Shown piece after piece: positions 24,597 through 38,747 of a stretch of 64,000 nucleotides of DNA. Origin of the DNA: Azolla caroliniana (taxonomy: Eukaryota > Plantae > Polypodiophyta); NCBI GenBank assembly GCA_043228905.1, contig JBHGNT010000016.1, forward strand, positions 806,001-870,000. The letters run 5' to 3'. Positions within the stretch are counted from its first letter, which is position 1. Each line of letters starts with the position of its first letter. Under the pieces are notes generated by a model. The model searched no databases, was not told where the DNA came from, and was given only the letters and a program-made list of their open reading frames with translations. Both the position numbers and the translations under genes were made by a program.

Positions 24597-25351
24597 TAGG
24601 GATCGGCAACGGCTCGGCTCAAGCCTAAACCGTTTGGCTTAGACGGCTTGAAAACGGCTTAGCGGCTCGGCTCGGCTCGATTTAGGCTTGAACTTGCCTT
24701 AACTGTTTGAGCTCAGCTCAGCTCGGCTTGAACCTCGCCAAACCGGCTCAAGCCGGCTAAACCGTTTAAGCCGTTTATAAACTTTAGAGAGAGGGGGAGA
24801 GAGACAACAGACAAGGGGAAAGAGAGAGAGAGAGAGTGTGTGTGAGGGAGACTAAACAGATGATGGGAGAGAGAGTGTGTGTGAGGGAGGGACACTAAAC
24901 AGACGATGGGAAAGAGAGAGAGTGAGTGAGGGAGAACTACACAGACGAGGAGAGAGAGAGAGGGAGGGAGACAGCATATAAGGAGAGAGAGAGAGAGAGA
25001 GAGGAACTACATAGAGGGGGGGGAGAGAGAGACTACACAGAGGGGGGGGGGGGGGAGAGAGAGAGAGAGTCGAGACCACAGACGTGAGAGAGAGTGGGAG
25101 GGACAGCTTGTACAATGTATAGTATATAGTATATAGTGGATCATTTGAGAGAGAGAGGGAGGTAGGGAGAGAGAGAGAGAGGGAGGTTTCTAAACCAGTT
25201 TGGAAACCGGTTTCCAAGCCGTTTACCAAACCGGTTTAGCGTAAACCGGTTCGGCTCAGGTTTGAGATCCCGTAAACGGTTTAGGCTTAGCCGGTTTGGC
25301 CTGATCCAAGACAAACCAACTAAGCCTAAACCGAACCATTGCTGATCCCTA
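24597..25351. mobile_element. hAT-type MITE (TAGGGAT family)
   Basis: TIRs TAGGGATCGGCAA / TTGCTGATCCCTA; 8-bp TSD TTGTGGGC / CCGTGGGC; subterminal GGCTC and AAACCG repeats; GA-rich core. Confidence 0.88.
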
Positions 25352-28087
25352 CCGTGGGCAAATCGAGGAGTATTGTTGATCGAAGGGAATTTAGCTCGAA
25401 TTTACCGTGCCGAAGATGTCAGAGTTGAACGGGTTGGCCGAAAGGATGAACCAGACTATTATGGAGAGAGTTTGGAGCATGCTGGCACATGCTAAGTTGT
25501 CCAAGTCGTTTTGGGCTGAGTAGCTGATGACGACGACCTATGTGATAAATAGATCACCCTCAACACCCTTGGAAGGAGATACACCACAAAGATTATTGAC
25601 TGGTAAAGAAGTGTCTTACCGAAATCTGAAGGTGTTCAATTGTCTTGCCTATGTGCGTGTAGCAAAGGACAAGAGTGAGCAATTGACCCGAAATGCTAGC
25701 CCTGCATATTCCTTGGGTACGACGATGATGAGTTCGGCTACTGAGTGTGGGACTTGGTCAACAAGAAGGTCTTCCGAAGTCGAGAAATAGTCTTCACGGA
25801 AGACAAAACCATAGCTGACTAGGAATCAGAGTTGAAGATAGTATCCTCCGGATCGACTGACAGAGATCGGTTGGAAGATGCAAGGACCCATCCGGTCGGA
25901 AGCTGGATATTAGCCGAAGACCATAGGGAACCAGTCGGTTCCGAACAAGGAACCAAATCAACCGAAGAAGATCCGAACACCGAAACTGGACAAGACCCCG
26001 AATCGGATTCTAATGAAGAACAGATGGAAGAACCAGTGGACGAAAACCAAGGACGGAGATACCCTCTCACAGAGAGAAGAGCCCCTCGGAGATTTCCGAA
26101 TGCAGAGCATGTACTGTTGATCGACGAGGGGGAGCTAGAAAGCTTTGAAGAAGCAAAGAATGACACCCACAGCTATAAGTGGTTAAGTGTCATGTAGGAT
26201 GAGATAGATTCCTTGCATGAGAACCACGCATATGAACTAATGGAGCTACCGAAAGGAAAGAGAATGCTTCGGAACAAGTGGGTGTACAAGTTGAAACTGG
26301 GAGACACCGGAAATCCACCAATATACAAAGCCTGAATCGTGGTGAAGGGGTTTCAACAGAAGAAAGGAGTGGATTTCGACGAGATCTTTGCCCCAATAGT
26401 CAAGATGACATCCATCTGGATTGTGTTGAGCATAGCGGCGAGCATGGAACTCAAGGTTGAACAACTCGATGTTAAGACGATGTTCCTTCATGGGGACCTC
26501 AAGGAGGAAATCCACATGTAGCAACCTCCGATACCTAAAAGGCACCTTGAACATGTGCCTCTAGTTCGGCTCCGGTAAGCCCCTATTAGAAGGCTTTACG
26601 GATTCAGACATGTCGGCTGATGCAGATACCAACTGGTCCACGTCTGGATACACCATGACCTATGGAGGGGGAGTGTTATCATGATAATCAAGACTGCAAA
26701 AATTGGTGGCAATGTCAACAACAGAAGCGAATACATGGCGGTTGTGGAAGCTGACAAAGAGGTAATCTGGATGAAGGACTTCATCAGAGAGCTAGGGATT
26801 CGACGGAGGAATTCCAACTCTACTGTGATAGTCAAAGTCCAAGCACATCCAAAGGAGATACCACTAGCTCCGGGAGAAAGTAGAAGATAAAGAGTTTTCG
26901 TTGACGAAGTTCCACACGAAGGAGAACGGGTCGGACATTCTGACCAAGGTGTTGTCAGCTAAGAAGTTGGACGTGTGCCGAAAATGGATCGGATTGACAA
27001 GACATCCCATGCCGGAGTGAAGTGGGAGTTTGTTGAGAATTAGGTCCCTCCGGATGGGATCCAGATGAGAACCGGACAAGTCGGATCGGACGAGCCAAAT
27101 GAAGGAATTGGACCGGATGGATCCAGTAGTATATGTATATGTTCTGATGTGACTGTTTGAGGTCATATTTGTAAATAACCCCAAAGTTATATAAGTAGAA
27201 ATATAACTAGGGCAATAGTGTTATAGTAGTTGTTGCTATCATTGTTGTTGTTGTATAGAGAGAGACACACAGAGAGATAGAGAGAGAGGTATAGAAAGCT
27301 TTTTTGTTGTAACCGCCGGTTGGTGAAGGTAGAGCTCAAGGTTGTTGCCTTTGTATTTCCCATTGTACCTTTCCTCTGTCTAGTGGTATAGTTTGGGGTC
27401 TATGGGCTCCCGTGGTTTTTCCCGATTAGGGTTTCCCGCGTTAATATTTCGTGTCGTCTTATTCCTGTTTTTTGTTTCTTCCATTGTGTGCTTGGATCTC
27501 GGTTGTGGCTGAGAACTATTATTGTCAAACGTATCATGGGCAAACATTAATCGATATCATGATCTCACCTAAATACCCCTTTGGACATATGAGATGAGGT
27601 TCAAGATTAGGTAACTATGGTAACACAAAGGCGTTTTAAAAACCATGGGGGTGACAAATAAATGTCTTTCCCTGATCTCTATATCTATTTTTACATGGCG
27701 GCTCCCCAAGGATCAACCATGTTTGTTTGCATCATGAATAGTTTATACATGAAAAAATGCTAACAATAAATTATGTCTTTGTGCCCAACCGTGTGGTTTC
27801 GGCTCTTTAAGTCCTATTATGAGGACCCCGAAGTGCACTTAGACCTAAACTCTAAACATGTTTAATACTCATATGTATTAATAATGTTGTATGTTCTTGG
27901 TTATATTTGAACTAGAAACCTCGAGAACAATGTCATTAAACACTTGAGCTAACCAAATGGCTTGTTCATATTGAACATTTAATGTTTATGCGTATGAGAG
28001 ATATGTGAAGGCATGTACTCACATATGTTTTTTTAAAAGAAAACATGTGTTTAAATCCTTATTTCCCCCTCATTAACTAGGAAACTA

Positions 28088-28560
28088 TATTGGCACATTA
28101 CCTAACTTCAAGTCTCCTCATTACAATAAGATAACTGTAAAGAATTGTGTGTGTGTGTGTGAGAAAAGAGGAGAGCATAGGAGAGAAACACAAGATCAAT
28201 AAAATAAATGAAGTACTCAAGAAGTTGTATATTAACAAGGAGAATATCAAGTAAAAACATCTAGCATAATAAGGGAGCTTAACCAACACTTTATAAAGTA
28301 GGAGAAGGGTGCTTTATGTAAGGTCACCCTCTCTCTTCATTAACTCACTATAACGCTCACTCTCTCTCTAGAACCTTGGGGAATGCGGAAACTCATTAGT
28401 CATGGGGAATATAGAACTCATTAGTCATGTGTCATAAAGTATGATTTTGTGACACGTAGTTAATGTGTAGAGAGTAGCGGTGACTTTTGACCTTTGCGTG
28501 CTCATAGATTCTCAAAGGGTGTGTTCACATACTAGACTAGGTGGAGGTTGATTCTCAACA
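28088..28560 (-). repeat. solo/remnant copia LTR related to 13825-14175
   Basis: The reverse complement begins TGTTGAGAATCAACCTCCACCTAGTCTAGT, matching the 13825 LTR start. Left boundary approximate; no clean TSD. Confidence 0.7.
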
Positions 28561-28589
28561 ACAACTAGGAAAACATATGCCGACTATAA

Positions 28590-29580
28590 TAGGAAACCTT
28601 GTGTATTCAACCCTGGACAAAAGGTATTTCTACGTGTACCTTACAATTCTAAGATATTGTCTACAAGTAAGTGTGCTAAGTTAGCTCCACGGTTTTGTGG
28701 ACCTTTCACAATCCACAAACACATTGGTTCATCAACCTATCGTCTTGCTCTTCATGAGGGTGTCGAAATCCATCCAATTTTTCATGTAATTCGTTTAAAA
28801 TAACTTATTGGTTATGGCAACAATACAGTTACAACTGAAACTCTAGTTACTTCAGAAGATTAAGCTTCTAAACCACATGTACCGGACAAAATTCTTGATG
28901 TTAAAACAAAACGTTTGCATTCTAAAACAATCCGAGAATTTAAAATTAAATGGATGGATAAATCTATAAAGATGCTACATGGGAATGAGAAACACCATTA
29001 AAACTAACTTCCCTAACTTTTCATTGAAAGAGTGCAATGCTTTTAAGAGGGGGAGGGGAGTATGTTACGGGTATGACCATAAATTATCCCGTGGTAAGTT
29101 TGTACTGCAATATTCTATACATGTGGATAAAGTGTGAGGGTTAAACGAGAGTGTAAAGAAGGGAGGTTTACTTTTAATCTTAGGAATTGAGACAACCCAT
29201 AAGGGCCAAGTGTGAACTTAACCCGGGGGGCCTTAGGTCTTGCTATAAATATGAGGCCTAGCCACCCTCATTACGGACATCATTCAACTACGTCGAGACT
29301 CTAATCTTGTGATGATCGAACTCATGTAGCAAGCGCGCCAGTACAAGGTATGACTCGATGTCAAGGCGGTGGTATGGGAAGCCAATCGGGGCTCGAGTTT
29401 GTCTCGATCCATTCGTTCGGGGGAGGTCGAGTGGATCGCCACCCTTCTTTCTCTCTCCTTTCTTATCTATCTATTTATTATTTCCTTGTCATGTGCTTAT
29501 ATTAGGATTAAGCTCTAACAATTAAGGTGATATGAGAACATAAGGGTCAAACCCACATGAGGCATACCGCATCATGATAT
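28590..29580 (+). mobile_element. chromovirus remnant: integrase C-terminus and chromodomain, PPT and LTR (from 29063)
   Basis: KLAPRFCGPF, YRLAL, IHPIFHV, KILDVK...FKIKW...DATWE peptides across frameshifts; PPT AAGAGGGGGAGGGGAG then TGTTACG. Right end approximate. Confidence 0.75.
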
Positions 29581-30569
29581 TGAGAATTTCCGGATAATAG
29601 AGGAGTATGAAGGCAATCCCCCCCCCCCCCCCCCCCCCCCCCCGCCCCTTGACAAGCAAGCAAATAAATTATATTATGGTTGTCGTGGGGGGTGAAATAT
29701 AACATATGAGACAAAAAATAAAACATTTGGATGGGCATGAGAAAGTGAATTCCATTGTAGAAGAACATTACTTAATGAATGTTGCAATTGCCTTGTTTAA
29801 TGAAAACACACACACACATACTGATGATGATACTGTGATATGTACATACATACAAACTGCATATGTACTACATATGTCATATATTACATATGTACATGAT
29901 GTACATATTACAGTCTACGTTCATACATACTGATACAATTTTACAAACAAGGGTTTGAAGAATGAGGCAGCCGGGTCTTTAGGGTCTCCCCCCCGCCCCA
30001 CTTATACATACATTATACATACACTCACCACACATCGTCAGTTCCTGTTCTTCTTTTTCTCCGGTCTCCTCTCCGACCAGGTTCGAGTTTTGATATTTAC
30101 GCCCGTCCTTCCCAATTTGTTGGACTTCTCTTCCGTCTTGTTCCAATCGATAGTGGTTCTAATCGTGCCTGCTCTGAGTATTGGAATTTTTCGGATTCTT
30201 TTGATCATTCATTCCCTCCCAATCCCGATGGAAGGAATTGTGGTAAGATTTTTACATTGGTGGAACTGAAAACACGAAGTGATCTAGCAGACGTTCACAA
30301 GGAAGAGGAGAGATCTCTAAGCCCAGTGGCATCGGGAGAAAAAAATAGGTTAATTTGTATTGTTTGTGGTACTTTCTCTGACACGTTTCAGCCTGAATTA
30401 CAAGGGAAGGGATTGTGTCAAAGCTTTGATTTCACGAAGAACCGAATAATCACCAGCAGAGAAGGTAAAGCTAGGGTATACAAACCTCTTCACCAAAGCA
30501 AAAAGATATGAATAATCAAGATTAGTTTGAACTTTTGTTATCTTTCTTGCTTAATGTAATCATTGGGCT

Positions 30570-33500
30570 ATGGCGGAAGCCAATGGAGGAGGAGGTGCCC
30601 GAGCTACTGCAATAAGTGTTGTTCAAGCTTTAGGGAGAGGGTTTGATGTAACTTCAGACATTCGATTACTGTATTGCAAAGGTTCAGCGGGAACACGATT
30701 GCTAAAGATTGATGAAGATAATTCTAGAGATCTCAATTTTCCAGATGGCTTGTCTATTCCAAATGTTTCTTCAGATTTTATGGTTAAATCTGAGATGCCT
30801 AAACAATATTCACTGGGCGTTTTAGATTTCGATCAGGTATGCTACATCTTGTTTAAACAAACTGCTAACTTTTCCTGCTAGAAACGATCTCTTGTTTGTA
30901 TTATGTATGTTCTTTTTACATGTGAGAACTTGCTGTCTAAATACAGTGATATAGCTACAGTTAACCCGGGTTTGAGAACCAATAGCCATCTTATAGATCC
31001 TGGGAAACTAAACGATTTTATTTTTATATAGGTACAAAGTATATATTTCATACGCTACCTAAGATAGATTTCAAGCACATTAAGATGTTATCAACCCAAA
31101 AAAGAGAATTGAGAGTGATGTAGAATGTGTAGTGCAGCAATGCAGGGAGAGCAACAAATTCAATGCTTTGAAGCTTACAAGGTTGACAGAAGGATCTTCC
31201 CACTAGTGAGATCACATATCTTTGGATCATATTGGACTCTTCATTTGTGTGTCATTAGTGCTACCTGGAACTTGGGAAACCATTAACCAAGTCGAATATC
31301 AAAAGAGAATATCTTCTTATCTCAATCCACCCAGATTGCTCCCCTAGATATCATCGCCGCATTGAACTTGTGAAGGTGAAATGGAGAAATCCCAAAACGG
31401 AACTTCCAAATTGGACTAGAAGTTTTGGTAATCAGGTTGAAAGTATAGTTCATACAAAAAGCACACTGACATTAAATAAATAGAATGAAGCTGCAACTGT
31501 GACGAACTAATACTTTTAAAAGAAATGATGAACTTATGCAAAATGTGCATTAACCCAGATTCATGGAAGGTGGATAAATTTCATGTGGGCTGCTGGGCTG
31601 CATAGGACAGAATAAGAGGACAGGTTAAGATGTTTGAAGCCCATATTACTTAGACAGCTAATAACGAGGCATAGAGCTCAATCATTAAAAAACACAACTA
31701 CTGAAAAACAAATCCCGATTAGCTGAATAATAAAATGTGACGAATTGTTATAAATAAAATCCTTTGCAATTGGACCATGGAGATTATAAGAATGTAGCTG
31801 ACTGATGAAATTCTAACATTATGGTCTTATAAACTTGTTTAGCTGGCTGAGGTTCAAACAGTTTAATTACAGAGAGCAGTGGGGTATCTGTCCTCCTAAT
31901 AACATGGGAACAGGGATGGAGTTGAGCATGGTTGAAGTATTTGGAGTGATAATTGTCTGGAACTGCATCAAGATAATATAAAGAAAACTGGAATCCTTAC
32001 TATATGATTAGGCTCATTAGAAATGCCATGAACTAAGAAAGTGGATGTTAGAGACAGCATTTTTTATGCACAAACCATTGAATTTCATAAATTACTAATG
32101 CGTGTTAACATTACATTGGAAATAGAAACAGGTGTTTTTCTAATTGCCTTCTAACACTCAAGCATGGGATAGTTTATATGCATTTGTATATGTTGAAATG
32201 TGATCCTAGAACAGGAATAACTGTTATTTAGTAGTCACGTCTTAGAAACCTTGATTTCCTTATGGCTTAAGAAGTCTGTCTCAGTTTCCAGTGGTCTAGG
32301 AAACAGTGCTAAAAAAACTTAGTCTTGCCTGCAAGTTAAAAATATACCTTTGTTTGAAGCTTAATAATCTCATATGATTCTGATTTTGGTTTATGGAAGT
32401 GGCTTCTTTTCTTTACTGGTATTTTTCTAACAGATGTCCGAGTTATTCAATAGAAAATCTGGCCTCCCAGGAAAGATTCCATTAGGAAAGTTCAATGCTA
32501 TGTTTAGCTTCTCAGGTTCATGGCAAGTAGATTCCTTACAAACAAAGACTCTTGCTGTTGATGGCTGGATCATTCCTTTGTATAGTGTGTATATAAAGCC
32601 ACCTTTTATCATGTGTGAGGAAGTAAAGAATGCTGTGCCTACCACATGGGATCCAACAGCTTTAGCAAAGTGAGCACAGTTAAGATTCTTTATATGTATA
32701 CTTAATTAACCAATAGCCCATTTGATAGAGTAATCTTGTGTCCATTGCAGATTTATAGAAAAATACGGCACTCATGTAATTGTAAATGTGGAAGTGGGTG
32801 GTAAGGATGCCATATATGTCAAACAACACCAATCATCTACGTTGACTAAGGCAGAAATGGAGACACATGTGAACAAACTATTTGAAGCCAGGTTCCAAAG
32901 CAATCCAAACACTAGAATGAATTCAGAAGACAGGGTATGCAAACATTTTGGCATGATGTTTTCTAAATTATATGAAGTGTTGGTACTTCTATGGAGCTTG
33001 CGCAAAATTGTGAGATATTCTTTCTTAATTACTTAAGCAGTTTAAAGAACAGAGGAATCAGCCATTGCAGAGTGATGGACTATCATCTCATACAGGAAAA
33101 GAAGTAAACATCTTAACAAAATATTCCCTATAGTATTGGTGAGATTGGATTTCTCAAAGCCATTATTTTGCTTGGTTTTGCAGGATATCACGGTCATTTA
33201 TAGGAGACGAGGTGGTAATGATCTAATTCAAGACCATGCTGAATGGAAGAAAACTGTCAAATCCAATCCGGATGTTATATCCATGACATTTCTATCCATT
33301 GATATGTTGCTTGAGAGTGTACCTGCCCAAGAAAATCTAGGTCGTGCAATTGAGGCTTATCTCACTTGTGAGTGCTTCACCTCAAAATTATGCATAGTTC
33401 CATGTAAAAAATGGTAATCAGTGGCCAAGAAAATCTAGGTTGTGCAATTGAGGTTTATCTCACTTGTGAGTGTTTCACCTCAAAATTATGCCAGTATAGT

Positions 33501-35327
33501 TCCATGTGAAAAATGGTAATCAGATCAGTTAACATTAAGGATAATGTCGAACCATCCATATATTTCACACTAATGGGGCGTTAGTATAGTACTCTTTCCA
33601 CATGGACAATCTAGGTCTTGCAATTGAGGATTATCTCACTTGTGGGCTCCTTCAATTAAAAATTATGCATAATTCCAATATACCACATTTAGATTTAAAC
33701 ATGTAAAAAAAGATAATCAACTCAGTTAACATTAAGGATGATGTTTGACCACTCATAAATTCACACTGATGTTAGTGTTAACATATTACTCTTTCCACAT
33801 GGAATTTATACATTTTTCTATATTGAAACTTAAATATGTTCTAAGTATAGTCTTTAAGTAAAATAACTTTTTCGTGCAGATAAGCCTCCCTTAGAAGAAT
33901 TGCAGTATTTCTTCGAGTTCAGAGTTCCAAGGTCCTGGGCACCAGTTGTAAATCAAGTTGGTTCCACAAGGAAGGATCCAGTATGTCCATCATTGCAATT
34001 CAGCCTTATGGGGCCCAAGCTATTCATCAGTATTGAGCAGGTTGCATACATATGTCCATAAATTCACACTGCATGAAACATCTGCACTATACTACAGGAA
34101 ATTTTCTAAAATACCCGAAGTACTCCCCATATTTCCAAAATTCCAAAAGGTTTCTCTCAAATACCTTGTAGAGAGATTTCAGAGAGATAGATATACTTTC
34201 TTTCTGAATTTCGGAGAAGGAATACACATCCCACACAGATGCTCTCTTGAGAAAGAAAGTTGTACTAATTTCCTTTGAAGACCAAACTAGACCAATGGGA
34301 GAAAATAGATACGCCTAGTCGTCATTACCTTCCATTTTGGGGTGCCAAATGATACAAAAGGACCTAAATGTGCTGGCTAATCAAAACTGTCCTAAAACAT
34401 GAGTATAACATTTTTGAATTCATAGGAAACATGTGATTTTTCCTTTGATTGACAGAATTGTTTGCTGATTTCTACACGCATATAACCTGCCCATTTCCTT
34501 CTCTTCTTTGACTTTGGAATTATGGAGAGACAGAGAGATAGAACATATCCTGGGGATAGATGGAAACACTAGCGGGTATACATATTTTGGGATTTGGGAA
34601 TTCCATGAAGAAGAGGGGGGCATTTTGGTAAAATCTTTTACTTCCAAGTACATAAAGAAAGAGAAAACTGATTAATGCTGTATATGTTCAGGTATCGGTT
34701 GGTAGAAAACCTGTTACAGGGCTTCGTCTATGCCTCGAGGGGGCCAAGCTAAATCGGCTAGCTATCCATGTGCAACACCTGTCAGTTCTTCCTAAGATAC
34801 TACAACCACATTGGGATCCATATGTTCCTATAGGAGCTCCTAAATGGCATGGCCCTGAAGAACAAGATAGCAGATGGTTTGAACCAGTATTATGGAAGAA
34901 TTTTGCACATGTCAGCACCGCACCCGTGGAATATAGTGAAACATGGTTCGGAGAGGCATCTGGAGCTTATATTGTTACTGGAGCACAACTTGGTGTGTGG
35001 GATTTTGGACTCAAAAGTGTGTTATATTTGAAGCTTCTTTATTCTAAGGTTCCAGGTTGTACCATAAGGAGATCAGTATGGGATCATACGCCTGAGCCTT
35101 TGAGAGAGCAAATGCCTAAGTCAAGTAAAGCAATGTCTCTTACTAATCCCACTAATCTCACACAAGCAACACAACCTACACAAAAACTATCAAAGTTCAT
35201 TGACACTACAGAGCTAACGCGAGGGTCAGAACACCTCCCCGGCCATTGGCTAGTTTCAGGTGCAAAGCTTTGTCTGGAAAAGAACAACATATTTTTACGT
35301 GTGAAGTATTCTCTCCTAAATTATTAG
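30570..35327 (+). CDS. CAD1: MACPF-domain protein, CAD1/NSL1 family; exons 30570-30836, 32434-32669, 32751-32934, 33184-33367, 33880-34040, 34692-35327 (555 aa)
   Basis: GT-AG junctions with consistent phases. Motifs ALGRGFDVTSDIRLLYCKG, FIEKYGTH, RRGG, PDVISM, KPPLEELQYFFEF, VGRKPVTGLRL, WFEPV.WKNF.HVSTAP, and a C-terminal RVKYSLLNY as recalled for Arabidopsis CAD1. Confidence 0.92.
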
Positions 35328-38300
35328 TTCTATATTTCTAATTTAGATAGTCTCTTTTGTCTATTCTCCTGTATATTAGAAAAAAAATTTTACATTTTCG
35401 AGCTTCTCTTAGTGAGAAGAGAACGATTTTATATGGTGAAAATCTCTTCAATGTACCTAAGACACGTGATTGAGTTGGATTTTTTTTATGCAATGGGTAT
35501 CTCTATTTGAAAATCATTTTGTTCAAGCTGCATCGTGATCAACTTATGGAGATGTCGGAATTAAAGCAGTGTTTTAGCACATAATTTGATCAATATAATT
35601 TTGTGAGAGTATCTCCGATCTACTAACTACTCTTGCATGGCCAAGGATACATTTTGAAAATATCATTTTCATTTGCCAGTTCTTGTGGAGAAATGTGGCA
35701 TGATATCGATAACTTCAAAGGTGTAAAACGGTGGTTCATCTGATATTGTCATAAAATTTTACTCTGGCATATATATGGTATGGTAAGCTAGGCCGGTTCC
35801 TTATAGGCAGTGGTCTGGTCTGATGCATATGAACTATTGAGAGATTTGAATGCACCCTCCTTTGATCTTAATGAATCACAACTTGCAAATTGAAGAAATT
35901 ATATTTACAACCAAATTGGGAACACAACTTGCAGTCTATCAAATATTACATATGCTGCTTCATGGGCTCAAATCACAGCATTATGTTACATTATTTAAAG
36001 GTGTATAGTCAATATTTAGCCATGTTCTTTGACCCTCCTAAAGTCTCCTTTCGTAAATAAAATACTCTTTAAGTTTTCCACATTTTAAATGCCACAAAAC
36101 ATGATAGAAATAGATCTATTTGATGGGTTCACATGCTTATAAACAATAACAATAATCCCATTGTAAGGGCCTGTTCATGCATTTTGGCAAGTCACTCTTG
36201 ATGCAAATGCTAAAATGTGATGGAATTTATCTTCTCTTTCCAAAAATGACATCTTCGTTTGAGTAAGGTTTCCATGTAGCAAGAACGTTCTGGGATTTGC
36301 ATGAGTCATGTCAACCCATATGATGAAAGCATCTCTTTCTTAAGGCATTTTGGTGTTTTAAAGATATTTTGGCTCTGTGAGTACCTCCTCTTGAGTACTA
36401 TGTTAATGTGTTGTTTCTAAAAATATTTTGGTTTTGTTAATATCTAAGAACGTAATAATCAAATTATCTCTTAGAACATGATAAAGTAATGAATATATAC
36501 TCCGTTGGATACTCAACTTTTGAGGATGTTCTCGTTTTGCATGTAAACCTTGCTTATTTTCTTGGTGTTACCTTGTACTTTAGTTTATGGCACCTAATAG
36601 ACATCCTCCAATGATATGAAATATCTCTTACATATATTATATAAATAATCTTCGAGATAACACCTTTACTCAAGACTTAAGACACACACACACACACACA
36701 CATCTAACATATCACCGGATCAATTTAGCATGCTGAAAAACTATATACCTCTCTCAAACTTTATGTAGATGGATGCAAACTAGACACAATCTTCTCTAGC
36801 TATGTAGGAAATGTTACATTGATTGATGTAATATATGCTATGATATTTGATGTAGATATCATTGTGCCATGGAATCACAAGTCCAAAACTGTAGAGTTTG
36901 GTAAATTTTGTGGAGTTCTTATTGATGGAATTTGAGAGCCTACATTCATTGGAACGGAGCACAACGATCAATGTTAACTTGGCTCTCCCAAATATCACCA
37001 TCCACATATGTGCAAAATAAAATAAATACATAAGGGATGCATTTGAGCTTAGCTAAGGAGAGGACTTTAGAAAGAGCTATAAAAGGTCGAGGAGATGTTG
37101 AAGATCATAACCACGGAGATGAATGAGAGACCAACTCAAGAGAAATTTATGGGAAGCATTAGTTGAGATTCATGAAGCACAAATTTGGGATGGGGCAACA
37201 TTAGTAAACGTCATGCCGTCTTTTCACTTGGGTTTTCGCCATTTCTCAAGAGTAAGCAATAAGATGTGTACCAAACTCTCCGGTGGTTTCGTAGTGTCAC
37301 GTTGGCGCCATAAGAGACGTGATATATACGAGCGTCTTCATCTTCGTTGCACGAGTACACTTTCTCCCGGAGACAAAAAGAAAAGAAAAGAAACAAAGGC
37401 CTACGACTCATACAAATACATGCATACTCTAACTAGTAAATACATATACGTATACGTATACAATATGTATGCATAGATACATTGGAAATTTGGAGGAGGA
37501 GAAGGCTTCACGCGCAAAATATAGAAGGCTTTGGATTGTAGATATGTACATATGTATGTATGTATTGAGAGGGAGGTCCGGCAATTGAGGCCGGAATAGT
37601 AGCAATGACTTTTCTTCTGCCAGACTGTGCCCAGCTGTGCCCCCAAATTTAGAGGTGTTGAGAAAATCGTTCCTCTCGCTCTCTGCTAACTATGGAACAC
37701 GACTCTAATCGGCCTGTCTCTAATCCTCAAACTTCGTCTCCGCTCACGGATCCACCTCCCCGAAGCAAGCTCGGTAAGCTCTCTTCCCTTCCTTCTCCCA
37801 GGCTCCAAACACAGACTTTTCAGATTAGGTTTTTCTTCTTTCAAGTGGGTAAACTGACTTTTCTCGACTAGTGTGTGACAGTTTTTCCTTCTTTATCTGG
37901 TAAAATGGCCTCCTCGATTATGGTATTCGTGCCAGTTTTCCCATTTCTTCCCTCTTTATTGAACTTCCATGGTAGGAAGACTACTACTGTTCAAATTAGG
38001 GGTTTAAATGCTGATTTTCTAGGGTTCCGTCGTGATTTTCCCTTAAATCCTTGAATGTAGCAAAACCACAAACTGCTTCGATTATTGTTTCCATTGTGAG
38101 TTTCGCGAAGATGAGAGAAATGATTGTTTGGATTAAGTTCTGTACATTGAGTTTCTGTCCAAATTAGGAATTCTATTCGAAGATTGGGTTTTCATTTTGA
38201 GTTCGTCGTTCTTATTTCAATGTAGAAAAATGAATGTTCGGATTATTGTGAATTCTCGTTTTAATATTCTTTCAAGGAAGCAAAAATATTGTTCATATTG

Positions 38301-38603
38301 TGAGATTCCTCTCACATTTTAAATTCTGAAAACGAGTATTCACGTTAGGGTACTCATTTCTTCGTTAATGAGGGGACATTTCAAAGGTCAGAATGTTCAA
38401 GTTAAGAATCTCGATCGTGAATTTTCCTTTTTTTCCATCAAAATAGAAAAATGACTGTGTTCAGATATTAGGGTTTGAATGGCTATTTTCCCTTCTTTCA
38501 AGGTCGATAAATTACTGTTTGATGGGGGATTCTATTTTGAGTTCTCATCGTAGGAAAATAATGTTTGGATTAGGGGGTCCATCTGTGTTTTCCTTTCTTC
38601 TAC

Positions 38604-38747
38604 CAATTTAGGAAAATGAACATTGGAGTAGTGTTTCTATGTGAACATTGGTGACTTTTCTATGTGAACATACGCAATTTAGGAAAATGAACATTGGAGT
38701 AGTGTTTCTATGTGAACATAGGTGACTTTTCTATGTGAACATACGCA
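38604..38747. repeat. ~72-bp tandem duplication
   Basis: CAATTTAGGAAAATGAACATTGG...GTGAACATACG occurs twice in a row. Confidence 0.85.

Larger units (their letters stand above)
21569..27527 (+). mobile_element. Ty1/copia element with both LTRs (21569-22154, 27031-27527), decayed, RT internally deleted
   Basis: Similar direct LTRs TGTT...TGTCA; PBS TGGTATCAGAGC at 22158-22169; PPT before 27031; TSD AACAT / AACGT. Motifs CFYCGKPGH, WVVDSGASFH, LWHK.LCHMS, DNGGxY, KGVDFDEIFAP. Confidence 0.92.

Noticed and set aside
24713-25229. ORFs rich in LSLSLS
   Set aside because: They are translations of GA/CT microsatellite-like MITE interior.
29617-29643. Long poly-C run
   Set aside because: Simple homopolymer with unreliable length; no supporting structure.
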